The translations under genes and the position numbers were made by a program. DNA of 64,000 bases from Chrysomallon squamiferum. Its lineage: Eukaryota > Animalia > Mollusca. The notes below the pieces were generated by a model. The model did not search any database, was not told where the DNA came from, and worked only from the letters and a program-made list of their open reading frames with translations. The stretch spans positions 23,436,001 to 23,500,000 of the forward strand of contig CM022679.1 in the NCBI GenBank assembly GCA_012295275.1, read 5' to 3'. Each line of letters begins with the position of its first letter. Position 1 is the first letter of the stretch. Positions 14,837 to 29,400 of this stretch are shown piece after piece.

Positions 14837-16848
14837 TTACATCCCATTAAAATACTCATTACTAGACACTTCAGACTGCATACTCGGCTAGAAGGGATAA
14901 TGACATACTTAAAACTCGAACCTAAAAAAAAAAATTAATAATAATAATAAATTTTGCACTCTTACATCAGCTACGCTGAGTTTTCTTATTAGTTTCGTTT
15001 ACGGACTCGGCCGAGCAGATTAAATTACCGAGAGTGAAAAACTCGCACGTATCTTACGACGTAATTATTTCAGTATGTGTGTACTTTTGCGTAATCACTC
15101 TGTTAACAAACGTTACGTCATACGTTAGCGAGAGGAAATTTCAGAACAAAGCCGAAGATGCCCTGAACTAATAAATACATTCGCGCTCCTATGGATATAA
15201 TATAATATAATACAGGGTTTTAAATTTTAGATAAAAGAATAAATAAATATAAACTGGAACTGTCGACTTTAAGTTTTAAAGGAAGAAATAACAACGCATG
15301 TTCAGTGTTCAGTTTTACGGCGTCACAAATATTAAAATTAGATTAGAAAATTAGAAATTAAACCTGATCGACTTGATACATTTTTTAAATACCAGCAAAG
15401 GTTTTTTTTAGGTAATTTTATCACAGAAAAGTGCATTTCACGATCTCTGACAAACAGACGGGATGTGAACCAGTGGTAAAAAAAATTGCGGCTTGTCGCC
15501 TTTCATGTTATCAGTGAAAAATTTCCGGAGTCCGGAACAGAAAATATTAATGTGAAATCAAGGGAGTTATCAAGAATAATAACTGTCAAATTTATAACTG
15601 AAGATACAGTCTCTAATTGATTTATCCACGTCCTGCTATGCGTTATCATATACATGTATATGAGTAAGAGCATTAGAAGCATAATAGATCAAATTTATAA
15701 ATTATTTTTTTAAATCTCTATTCTAACTGATAAGATTACTATATGGTGAGATGACAGAACACTGAAAATTTATTTGATATAAGTGTGTTACCATCTCTTT
15801 TAAAAAAAAAAAAAATACTCATTTAAATCATTTATTTCTTTCCCGTTCCAATACGTTATTCAGAACAACGTTATTTCATCCTATTCAACATGTCACTGCG
15901 TGCTTTAACCCAACTCCAACTCCAACAAAACAAACAAAAACACGAAAAATACATTAACCTTTTCCAGCATTCGCACGTTCACCTAATTACCAACGAAGAG
16001 CCGCAAAGTCCACACAATCACCAGCACGATCAATGAAGACCTTCGTGACGCTTCGCCTTTTTTTTTTTTTTTCTATGGTTACGGCGCCGTAGATTTTAAC
16101 CGATTGCGTTTTTCTAACCAGTATCGTTGCGCGAAAAGAAGAAGGAAATAAAAAATAAAATAAAAAAATCGTTTAAGCAAATCAACTCGCTGGAGACTTT
16201 CCATCACTTGATGCATAATTGAAGCGCGGCCATTAAAGCTTGCAAGCTACATGTTAAGTTGATGGCGCCGAATTTCCAGCCGATGATTATATATATTAAG
16301 ACGATGCGAGACTCGAAGCTTCAAACGGTTTTCTCTTGGTGTTTCTAGTAAAAATCATTACATGGCAGAGCCCGCCCAGGGAGAGCTCGTTCTCAAACAG
16401 TTATCTCCTGTGTTCAAACAAAATCGAAATGTTGTTAATAGGTCGTGTTGTGAAGATTAACAAAAAAAAAAGAAGAAGAAGAAGAATTTTGAAAACGGTC
16501 AGCTTGAAAAATTTGTGTTGTTGCAGTTTGTTTCGTTTTGTTTTTATTTTTAGTTTTTCATTTATTTATTTATTGCAAATACAGGTCTAAAATACCACAA
16601 CGACCACCTTTAGTACAGTCATTGCTCAGACTGTTACTACGTCGGCCTTCTGCTTCTGCTACAATTGATGCTACTACTACTACTACTGCTAAAATTACTA
16701 TTACTATTAATACTTCTGCTGCTGCGTTTTTCTAGTCTCTAAATAACTAAAATTCAACAAATGTCAAAAATGTAACCTTATATTACTCTCTTGAGAGCGG
16801 GTCACAAACTGAAAAGAGGTCAAAACAATACAGTTATTTTTAATTTCT

Positions 16849-16997
16849 TAACACACTAACAAACTAACAATGGCTATTTCACTAACACACTAACAATCTA
16901 ACAATAGCTATTTCACTAACACACTAACAAACTATCAGTGGCTATTTCACTAACAACTAACAAACTAACAGTGTTTATCACACTAACACGCTAACAC
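16849..16997 (+). repeat. Minisatellite, ~4 copies of a 34-bp unit
   Basis: Unit TAACACACTAACAAACTAACAATGGCTATTTCAC, degenerating rightwards. Confidence 0.9.
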
Positions 16998-17553
16998 AAC
17001 TCAGAGGTGCTGTCTCTGGGCCCACGATAGACGTACTCTGTCTAACTGCCGACTGACGTAAACATTTCTCTGATGGCTTATTGATTAGTCCAACTTGAGG
17101 GGAGTCATCCGCGATTAAGAACAACGTCACCGCTACGTTAGCGCCACGGATTTGTCGACTATAAATAAAACTTCCTCTCAACTCTCACTTGCAAGCAGGG
17201 TCAGTCCTCCGGGTTTTCTGCACTCGCTGGCAAAGGTTACTTTAAACTCGCTATTTAAATCAGTTATTCGCAATATCACCCTGGGGCGTGCGCGTGACTG
17301 CGCGAGACAAGAAGGCATGCAGGGCCAAGCGATAACTTTAAATACAGTTTCCGCTCGAAATTATGTTCCGTTAGACTTCGTGCGAGCGGCGGTTGCTAGG
17401 CAACAACAGATTGGTGCATGAAATGTCGTTCCAATTACCCTTTGTTGGCTGGCTGTCCCAGCAAACGTTGCGGCTGTTAATTACGAATCAGCGAATTGAG
17501 GAGAGACGTTTTCTGACACCATCACTGCAAAACCAAGCAGCGTGGAGAGCAAA

Positions 17554-17585
<32 letters not shown>

Positions 17586-17875
17586 AGGAGATAATGGTTA
17601 CAGTTTGAATGGGTCTGAGTGTCCGCTGTAAATGTCTGTTGGTTCCCTCCATGGAAAATTCCTGTCTAGCTTTTTATTTTAGACTTGGACGAAGACATTT
17701 TCTGCTTTTCTGAAAAGACGCAAATAATACGATTACTCGTATCCACAACATCATCAAATTCAAATATCTGGAGTAGATCAATTATAATCGTTACTGACAA
17801 CAATAATATTATTATTATTGTTATTGTTATAATAATGTTAATGAAACCCTTAATATTATTTTTTATTATTATTTA

Positions 17876-17935
<60 letters not shown>

Positions 17936-18546
17936 TTTACTTACTTACTTATTTATTTACTTATTATATTATTTTATTTTATTTTATTTTACTGAAATTA
18001 AACTTTAAGAAAACAACTCTCGATTTTAAGAAACAACCTATAAAAACTCTGCTAAATATTATTTCAGTTCCATTACTTTCTCGTCGTACAAATCTAACTC
18101 GGTAAGGTTAAAAGGGGTTTTTTTTTTTTAAATTGCACAATCGCGTGACGGTTCTGATTCTAAGAGTGAAAACTTGATATCTTTGCTAACTCTGCTATCG
18201 ATCTCAATTACAGTAAAGATGTAACTGTATTTCGAATTACGTTCCGCTGACATTTGTCGAAAACCAGTCCTCGAATGACACGGTGCAAAACGTCCGGAGT
18301 TTAACGACGCGTTTCTCGTTTTTATTTTCTGCATTTATCGTTTTTTCTCCTTTCTAAATTGTTCTCATTCTGGTGGGAGTTTTTATTATTATTATTGATA
18401 TGCACTTTATTGCTATCATTCCATATCATTACTACAACCGTTAGTGTTGCTTCTACGACTACGCTGCTGCTACAGCTGTTGTTGTTGTTGTTGTCATTAT
18501 TATCACCATCATCATCATTATTATTATTTTTATATTATTTTTATTA

Positions 18547-18620
<74 letters not shown>

Positions 18621-18684
18621 TATAATTTTATTTATTATTTTAAATGAATATTAGAATTTTAGAATTTACCTTTCAAATTTTAGT

Positions 18685-18721
<37 letters not shown>

Positions 18722-18962
18722 TTTTTATGGTGAGGGTAGCGATATTAACAATAATCAACACTGATACTATTCTTTAATATTTTTTATGGCATTTCTGAGC
18801 AAAATATAAAACAAAAAATAAATAAAAATTTAATCCAGTAACAAAATATAATTATACTGGAACATTTCATCCGAAACAGTAAATAAGAATGGTTTTTTTT
18901 TTTTTTTTTTTAACAGAGTTCTCTCTATCTCTCTGTCTCAGTTTATCATTCTGCATGCCTTC

Positions 18963-19055
<93 letters not shown>

Positions 19056-20666
19056 TCTCTCTGTATCGTGTCGTAATCATTACAGTAATTATTCATGTTA
19101 AATTAGGAGAAAAAAAAAGTGTGGTGTGAAACCTTGAGTATTCCACTCCTATTATTTTCCACATCCTGTTACAGCAGACTGTCTGGACACTGGAGACGTA
19201 CTCATTAGCGGAAACACGTCATCCGACTGTAGACTTGACGTGTTCCGTTACCATGGTAGCTAAGAAGAGACGCGCCGTGGGGTATTTTCACCAGTGTTTT
19301 ATTCTAATAAGTTTAGATCAATAAGAAAAACTTTCCAAGTGAGGCGTTTGTCAGAAATGACTTGCGTAAATATGCGGAGTTAATTTTAATTTTAATTTTA
19401 ATATTTTAATTGTTTTTTTTTTTTTTTTTTTTTTATTTTTTGATCGTGCTAGCTTTATTACGATTATAAATATTATTATCAACAGAAGTAGTTGTACTAA
19501 TAGTAGAAGTAGTTATACTAATAGTAGAAGTAGTTGTAGTAGTTGTAGTAGTAGTAGTAGTGGTAGTAGTGGCAGTAGATTATTTGTTTTGCTGTTGCTG
19601 TCCGCGCTGTTGCTCTTGCTTTGCTGATACTGTTTTTGACGTTGTTACTGTTATTATTGTTGTTTCTTGTTCTTGTTGTTGCTGTTTGTTTTGTTTTGTT
19701 TTTTGTTGTTGTTTTGTTTTGTTTTAATTTGATTTTTGTTTCTTATGTATGGGGCGTTTTTAGGGGGTGCGGGTTGTTTTGTTGGTTTTCTTGATAAACT
19801 AGTTAAATTAATTTATGTATTCTTATTCCCAAAAAGTAAAGAAACACAAAATTTCTTGTTATACTGGACATGTTACTTCAGCTAAAGAACTTTGTTTTAT
19901 TTAATCAGATAGAAAGATAAAAACAATACAAATAATAGTTAATAATAATAATATTAAAGTAGTAATAATAGTAAATAAATTTAAAAAACCGTAAATAAAT
20001 AAATTGTTATTATTATTATATTTAATAATTTAATATAATAATAATAATAGTAATAGTAATTGTAGTAGTAATAGCAGAAGAAGAAGTGGTAGTAATAGTT
20101 GTAGTAGTAGTAGTAGTAGTAATAATAGTACTAGTAGCAGAAGTAATAAATAATACCAAAAAAAATAATAACATTTACAAAACAAATAAAAATAAATAAA
20201 TAAGTAATTAAATAAGTCAAAACTAATTTATTTTTTAAAAAAGACGATTCGTTCTCTTTAAACTACGATGACTGGAACCTCAGTGTCTTCCAGCACTGTT
20301 GAGCTAATTGCTTTATGAAAAACTGGTGTTCTTCACACGAAACCCCAGACAACGGGGGACAGTCACAACCAGTCGATAAGAACATTGTTTACAACCAGAC
20401 TCAGATATCCGATAATAAAAGAGGTAGAAAAATCCCGTTTGCGGCCATTCGATTGGTTCGGTACTTGAGAATCATGGGAAAGCCGCCAGACGGGCCACGA
20501 GTCGATTAAGATTCTCTTTGTTGTTTGGAAAGTCTTCGTAGGCCCAGTAATCCTTTCTGTTGTTGGTGATATTTTCTAAACGAACCTAAGAAATTAATCA
20601 TGATTATTAATTGTCGTCGACGAATGAAAATGTCCACCAAATTAAGTCATTTTATTTGTTGTTCAC

Positions 20667-20703
<37 letters not shown>

Positions 20704-21225
20704 AACGATAGTGATGATGATAACTTAATAATAATAATAATAATAGTTTTGGGGGGCATTAACATTCAAAAAGTATTTCCGAAAATAGTATATATTTCTG
20801 TTTGTCAGAGATATATTTTTAACTTTTTAATGTAGGAAATGACGTCATGATAAAAAAATAATAATAAAAAAATATTGTCAGCATCAAAGAATCCTCACAA
20901 TCCAATATCGAATAAAATCAAAATTACAAGAATAAATTAAACAAAAAAAATAAAATAGTTGTATTTTTAGATTTTTTTTTTTTTTTTTTTAAATAAAAAT
21001 AAAAAAGAATAAAGAAAAAAAAAACGTTACGAAGATTATAACGGTCGACTAAGACAGTAGAGGTGTTATCAATTAAGAGGAATAATCGTTACTAATTAAA
21101 TTTACCATGGACGTTTTTAATTTTTAATTCCTCGACACGACATTAGCGATTGATTTTGATGTTATTAGACAATCGATTCAGTTGTCTCCTTTCCGTAAAT
21201 GAATACTCAGACTGAATTATTAGCC

Positions 21226-21265
<40 letters not shown>

Positions 21266-21371
21266 AAATAAAATAAAATAAGAATAAAAAAAAAAGAAAT
21301 AAAGAAATTTATAAGTACTCAAATTAATTTATTTTTATAAGCTCTGTTGTTTTAGCTGTCTTTAATCGTAC

Positions 21372-21445
21372 TACTACTACGACTAAGACTACGACTACGA
21401 CTACGACTACGACTACGACTACGACTACGACTACGACTACTACTA
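21372..21445. repeat. (CGACTA)n hexanucleotide repeat embedded in (CTA)n
   Basis: ACTACTACGACTAAGACTACGACTACGACTAC... Confidence 0.9.
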
Positions 21446-21902
21446 TTAATAATAATAACATCAACAACAAAACAACAGTAACTACATCTATAGTAATTTA
21501 AAATGAAATGTGTTTATAAAGATTTAAATGACATGAAATAGGAATATGTTGAATATGAACGTCAGCTGAGAAACAGTCTGTCACTGAATACTGTGTTGTT
21601 GTTGTAGATGTTGTTTTTGGGGGGAGGGGGTCCATATTTCTCTTCAAATCAAACTCCTGTCATAGCCTCCATGTTTAACACCAGTTGTAAAAGTCTAGTT
21701 TTCGGCAGTAGCAGTAACAGATTTAATTTGTTTTATCGTTTTAAGAACATCAGAGGTACGAAACATTTGATCCTAGGTCATTGTGTGTGTGTCGTTAATC
21801 TACCCAGATTTGTTGAGGTTGATGTCGTACAATTGCCGATAATGCTGACTAAGTTTTAAAATATCAGATACTGTTTGTCTACACAGATTGAGTTTCATAG
21901 CC

Positions 21903-21949
21903 GGGGTTCACGGGGACCGGGGTGACGTGGGTGACGTGGGTGACGTGGG
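21903..21949 (+). repeat. G-rich (GGGTGACGT)3 repeat with six G-tracts
   Basis: GGGGTTCACGGGGACCGGGGTGACGTGGGTGACGTGGGTGACGTGGG. Confidence 0.85.
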
Positions 21950-22047
21950 CGAAATACTCGCCTTACTTCTAATCCACGGCAAAGTCTAAGTCGTCTTCTT
22001 TACCTTTTTCTTTTTGTTTAATTGTTATTATTGTTATTGTAATGTTA

Positions 22048-22080
<33 letters not shown>

Positions 22081-22106
22081 GATTATTATTATTATTATTA
22101 TTATTA

Positions 22107-22138
<32 letters not shown>

Positions 22139-23436
22139 TTAAATATATCAATTGGAAGTTGAAGGTATCGATACATTTTAGCCTCCATTGTGTCCACTGA
22201 TCACATGACCACATTTTGCTATCCGCGGGCGTTTTTCCATCAAAATATAATTTTTTCAATAAATCATGTGATATAGCTGCAAGAGTGTATTGTTTTACTG
22301 TCGTGATTAGAAGTTGACAATAAACACAGTTCTTTTAAACTTGTAAACAAATTAAATCAGCTGAGATGGACGTGATAACTGATTGTACAGAATTACGTCT
22401 ACAGTAAAGATTACAACTGACCAAGACTCGAGAAAGCAGGCTGCAAGTAATCGTAAACAAAACATGAGAATAAAACTGTTGTTAAATAATTTTATTACTT
22501 AAGGCACGTATTAAATATATTTTATTAGAAGCAGAACATCGATGTAAACATGCAGATAGTTTAGTTTTTTGTTTATGACAATGGTTTGTTTACGTCTTAT
22601 TGTCTCATTTCGCTTTTACAAAACCTCACTTCTCTCTGATATATCCAGAGCGGAGAAGTGACTAACGTAAATCTAAACATTTCTGTTTACAGAGCGGATT
22701 TGATGGAAACTGTTTTATTAATTTTGCTTTAGAAAAATTCGATACGTTGCCGTTGTTTTAAGGTCGCTTTGCCATTACTACGACTAATTCAATCAGACAG
22801 TGCAAAATGTGCGCCATACACATTTATACAGACTTGTGCTTTTGACACTAAATCTAAATGAGTGAATTCAATTAGGTGTCAACGCACACTAATAGTAATC
22901 TTGTTCATTTAGCTGCATATAGTAATTACAAGACGTATTGCATCATTATTTATTAAGCCTTCCAAAAAGCGCGATCATTTCGTCTCACGCGCTAGCCTAA
23001 TTACGTTCAAAATTGTGTGCCAGTGTTGACAAAACTAATTACTTGGGTTTTTTTTTTTTTTTGGAATTTACACCCGAAACCTGAAGAAGACAATGACAGT
23101 GACTTCATTGTCATAAACTGTAAGATTACAGTACACAGAAGGATGAATTACAAAATTAAAATGCACATCCGGATTAGACGTGGTTTTGTTCATAATTGAC
23201 TATCGGTAGCTTTACTGTACTTTGAAATTGTGCCTGTTGACACAAAAATCCGGATTAGTTAAAAGCCCGTTTTCACGGAGTCCATTATATCTATATAAAT
23301 ATATATATGACAGATCTTATATCTATTTAAGATTAAAGTGCTAGAAAAAAAAAATGTATCAAAAGGCACAACCATCTGGGAAATAAATAAAAACACTTAA
23401 TTTAGCATTAATAAAAAGCCATGAAAATATTTGTAT

Positions 23437-23467
<31 letters not shown>

Positions 23468-24482
23468 TTACGCTGCTGGCAGACATTTGGGGTTTGTTTT
23501 TATATTCACTAGAAAATTTCAAGAACATAAATCCTGGTCTGAAAATGCTACATACTTCAGATACATAAAGATTGTCTTAAGGTCGTTTGTTGTAAAATGT
23601 GCTATATGAGTATTTTACTGTGTTGCAGCTTTGGATTTTCTTTGTTGTGTTTTATAGCTACAAATATTCGTTTTTTTTTCCTTACCTTAAACTCTACTAA
23701 AAGCATGATATTCTGAATGAAACAAAGTTCGGAAACCAAAAAAAAAAAAAAAAAAAAAGAAAAAGAAAAAATTAAATTAAGAAAGAAATGAAAAAAAATC
23801 AAAATATAAAGAAAGAGAGGAAAAAAAAGAACAACAAAAAAATTAAATTAAGAAAGAAATTAATGAATCAAAACATAAAGAAAGAGGAATAAGGAAAAAT
23901 GAAAATAGATAGATACAAAAAGAAAATTAAATTAATGAAAGAAAGAAAAAAGAAAGAAACGGATGAATGAAACAAATTAAAGCATCAAAAAAAGGAAAAT
24001 TAAAGATGAAATAATCGAAATGAAAATCCTGTAAACTTATACATACAAACTATATCTTAGTTATTGATGAATTCTTACATTATTTTGCCAAATTCGATAC
24101 GTTTTTGTACAACACAGTTAATTCGCTTATGATTTGCAGCAGGGAAATCGTTTTTTATTGAAAAATGCCTGGAGCGAATTTCATTTTCTTTCTGCGCTGT
24201 ATATTTTTGTTTAGCAATAAAAACAAGAAAATCGTTAAATATTTGTTTTGTTTGTTTGTGTGTTTTTCAAGGAGAAGCGAAACGGGCGGATTAGCAGGTG
24301 AGTGAAGGAGCCGACCCGGATAAACGCTAAGAGGGTTTAATCTTAGACAAAGTGAAAACATAATTATTAATTATGTGGAACGGTGTTTTTTTGCTCACGG
24401 ATATTTATTTATTTATTTATTTGATTTAGGCTGATGCTTTTTTCCGACATTATAATAATATTCATTTCATTTTCTTGTTGCT

Positions 24483-24589
<107 letters not shown>

Positions 24590-25372
24590 GAACGGAAATA
24601 CTAGCACAAAGCATGTACACACACTCTCTCTCCTTTATATTTCTCTCACCGTTGCTGTTTTCATACCCTCCTCTTTTCCTTCCTCCCTTTATAATAATCT
24701 ACCCCCAACTGACTCTGCACGTGCATTTTACTCCAGAAACATAAAATACTCAGTTAACAACATATTTACGGCTCCGCATTTTAATAATTTAAAAAAAACT
24801 AATAATAAAAAACAAAAAAAAAAAAAAAACGTTCTTATCGCTTGGACCAGCATCATCCCTAATGGCGAAATAAAGCAAATCGTGTCATCCGTTAACAAGG
24901 CGTACACTGAAAATGTTATTTATCCAAATCGATACGAAACATTTCCGATATGGAACCCGTGAATAACGTGCAAGATTTTTTTAAATAAAGGCGCGACATC
25001 ACGCCGCGACTTATCGTAACGACCTTTAGTAATCTTTTCGATTGATTTGTGATTTTAATAAATTGATGTAGTGACCCGAAGATTGAACTGAAACAGCTGT
25101 GGCCGCAAAACAAGGACAAAACTAATTTGAATAAAAATGAAAAATGAAAAAATACACACTAGCACTGGGAGTCTAGTTAATGTTTGTTCTTCTGTTTTTG
25201 TAATCTGTGTCACTGTATCAGCTTTCTCGACTCTGGAGATGCTTGTTGTTTATCAATACAGTCAATCCAGTAGTGACTGGAGCGCTTTTAATTTAATTTA
25301 ATTTAATTTAATTTAATTTTATTTTATTTTATTTTATTTTATTTATATTTACTTATATGTTTATTTTTATTT

Positions 25373-25419
<47 letters not shown>

Positions 25420-26156
25420 TCAACATCATTTATTAATTTATTTATTTAGTTATTTAGTTATTTAGTTATTTTTTTATTTATTTGTATTTCATTTTCAGTT
25501 TTGTTAATTTATCTTATTTTTTTGTTGTTGTTCTCTGTGTAGGTAGTATGTATGTGTACGTGTGTATTTTCTTTGTGTGTTTTTTTATTTATTTTGTTTG
25601 TTTGTTTACGTTTGACACTAATAAATGTTAGGGAGAAACTGAGATATTTATGAGATATATATATATTTTTATGTTATCAATTAAGGTCTAATTATATCAG
25701 TCCGGAAACAAATCCGAAGATAACCGACGATATCTGAAAATGGATAACGCAGAGCGTTTTTAGCAACAACGACAACCCAATAATTATAAAGAAGTAACTG
25801 TGTTTTATTGAAATAATCAGTAAGCCGATTCAGATAATCACATTCGTGTCGACTGTCAGTGTACTTTAGGAAACGCATTAGTATCGTAGTCATTCGGTCG
25901 ACTACTGGTGCACAAAACTGTGTAGATTAATCCTCCGTTGGCAAATTAATTACAGTATTACTTAACCCATCGACAGATTCCCTAACTACAGCCAAGATTT
26001 CAGTTCTGTTTCACCGTGTACTAAAACCTTAAAAAAAAAAAAAAAAAAAAAAGAAAAAGAAAAGATGTTGATAATTTTTTTTACGGTAATACGTTAGTTG
26101 TAGTTTTATTTGAATAACTGAAACCGATTTTCTTGTGTTAATTTTGTTGTGTTCTT

Positions 26157-26223
<67 letters not shown>

Positions 26224-26377
26224 CTGTCTTCCTTTATGTCTCTAATTCTCTCTTCTCTCACTATTTTTGTCTCTCTTACACACACATTCTCTCTGACCCT
26301 CCCTATCATTTTATATATATATATATATATGTCTATTTTTATGTCTATATATATAATCTAATTTAATTCGTATTTGT

Positions 26378-26453
<76 letters not shown>

Positions 26454-29400
26454 ACGAATTCTTTTGTTTAAAATTAACACAAATGACACGTGCCACTGCC
26501 TGGCTGGCTGTGCTAACATTTTTCGGCAGTTTATGGTTGTCAGTTACAGTTCGGTCGCGACATCGCGGCCTCCACACAACTTGTTATTATTCCTGGGTCG
26601 ATAAATTCCCTGACACCGGTTTAAAATTAACACAAGATTTTAGTCACGATTTGCGGCAGTTTAATTCGTAATGTGGCAGAGATGCGCCATGATAAATTAT
26701 ATGTACTAATAGCAGTGGTACTGGTAGTAGTTACCGCCGTAGTAATGGTTGTAGTTGTCGTCGTCGTAGTAATAGTAGTAGAAGAAGTATTTATGGTTGC
26801 TTCATTAGTATTAGCATTACTAGAATAGTAGTAGCAGTAGTAGTAGTAGTCATAGGAGTAGTAGTAGTAGTAGAACAGTTGTAGATGCAGAGATAATAAT
26901 ACTGTTCAGAGCAGTAGTAGTAGTCGTAGTAGCAGTTGCAGTAGTACACGTAGAAGTCGGGGTAGCAGTAATAATAGTAGTATAGTAATTGAGGTATTTA
27001 AAGTTGTTGTAGTAGTAGTAGTAGTTAGGTAATATAAATTTGTGCAGTTTTTAAAAAAAAAAAAAAAAAAAAAAAAGAGGTGTAAAGGCATTATTGGATT
27101 ATTAATCTGGATTACAAAATAAATTTAATCACTAATAAAGTCTGTGGAGTTTGTCCAGATAGAAATATAAAATATTTTTGTGCAGTTCATATTTTATAGA
27201 ATAATTAATTAATTAATTAATTAAGACAAAAGAACAAAACGTGTTCTGGGAAACCAGGGTCATAATGACTTTCCTTTAGAAGCGAAGTTTCAGCTAATAG
27301 TAAAATCACCTCTCTGTGTTAAATGACAAAATCGACCGATTTTGTCACCGAAGCGTGGTTAATATAAATTCGATTCATTTGCTTCCAGGCATGACAAAAA
27401 CAGTAAACAGAGGGGGACCTCAGACTTTCGGGTTCAAGGATAACGGATGACAAAAAAAAAAATCAAAAAAAAAAAAATGCTAGAGTATATAATTTATCTC
27501 TTCTTGTTGCTCTTCGTTTGGTTGATTTTTATTTCTACAGTCTTCTTTTTTTTTTTCTTTTTTTTTTTTTAATTATAGTTTTACGGGGCCGCCTATGTTT
27601 TCATTGTTAGCATTTTAGTAATGGCTAAGTAATATAAAAGACGCAGCCCTATTAATAATTCACCGGGATGTATTAGACACGTTTATGTGTACATTTATCG
27701 TAATGCTATCATTTTTATGTTAGTCACTGACACCAGAGACCGCGAATAAGTAATAGTCGTGAAGACTCAGTCTTTCGTGGTTTTGCTGGGGTCGAGATTT
27801 TCAGAAAAGATGTCTTATTTTGTTTGCTTTATCAAAGTAATTTAAAATCTTATTTACACGCACGCACACGCACACGCACGCACACGCACACACACACACA
27901 CACACACACTCACACACATACACACTTGCACAAACAATCTTTCTCTCTCTCTCTCTCTCCCTATTTCTCATTCTCTCTCTATGTACACATAAACATATAA
28001 ACGTGAATTATCATATTAATTAATATCACGTTGATAAAATTATGGTGTTTTTTTTAATGGAGAGGCGGTTGCTGTCATTACTGCCACTGACGCTGCTGAA
28101 GCCGTTTTCTCCAATGTAATATCTCTGCAAATTTTCCTTGATGACGTGTATATTTTTAACCACCTCCGCCATTAGACGACGTCGTAAATTCAGGTCACGA
28201 CATTCCGAACTCGTCAAAAAAGATCAGACGATATTGACATTTCACGTCTGCTGTTTACGCGACGCTAGTGCGAGCGAGTCACTTAGGTTTCCTACTTAGA
28301 CATTTCACAATTTCCAATACACAGACACTACAAAAATATTATTAATAGTTACTTTCCAGGGAATTAGAAATAACGTAACGTCATCTGTGAATGGATTAAA
28401 ATCAAAATATTAAGTGCTTAGTGATAAAATCGAAATGATAAATAAATACAAATATTTTTTTAGGGGGTGGCCGTGGATTTTGTTATGTACCAAGCTAACA
28501 TTTGGTTTACTGTCGTAAAAACGATGATGTAAAAGGCACTTTATTTACGGTTACTAAAACCATTTTTTTTTTTTTTTTATTGACAAATATATGTTCATCT
28601 CTCTCTCTTTATTTCTCTCTCTCCAAATTCCATTTTATCCTTCAATATATTTTTTTTATATATTATCTTTTCCAGTTTAATAAAGATCGCGAATTCGTAA
28701 ATAGAGTTTCTATTATTCAGTTTCCAAAAAAAAAAAAAAAAAAAAAACCCGCATAGAAATCGACATTAAATGGGAGAAATGGGCGGGGGAAGGGAACTTT
28801 AAAAAAAAAAGAAAAAAAAAAAGAGCTTCATTCGTCTGCTACTGAAGACGTCTGCTTTGCGCGCGACGCTGGAACTCCTGATAGTGTATTCCAGTCAACG
28901 TACTTTCTTTTGTGCTAAAATTCTTTCTGATCGATTTAGTAATCTGACTTAATCGCGTTAAACAGTCGTCTTGCGACACGAAATAAATCGGATTTGGAGA
29001 GGGCCGTTTTGTTACGGCAGATAACGATTTTAAACATCTCCGTGCCAGCCTGTGACAGTTCCACGTCGGCGTAAGCATGCGCAGTGACATTGAAATCTGC
29101 ACGCGGCAGAAATAGACGCTGACACGACGTCGATAAAAGAACTTAGATACAGCGTGCGATGTTTTCATTTCTTTGAAGTGCGAGATTTAGAACGTCTCCG
29201 CCGTCGTGTTACAAGGGTTACAAGTTCAAATCTGTTTGCAAGAATTTGGCACATTTCGTGTCTACGTGCGTTAGACATTTGAGAATTACTTTACTTCGGG
29301 GGAGGAGGGGTGGACATTAATTGAAAAACAATAATTATTCACTGTTTAGTGTCTTGATTCATAGTTTCATACATGTACATGGTTAATTTCTGTAATCAAA

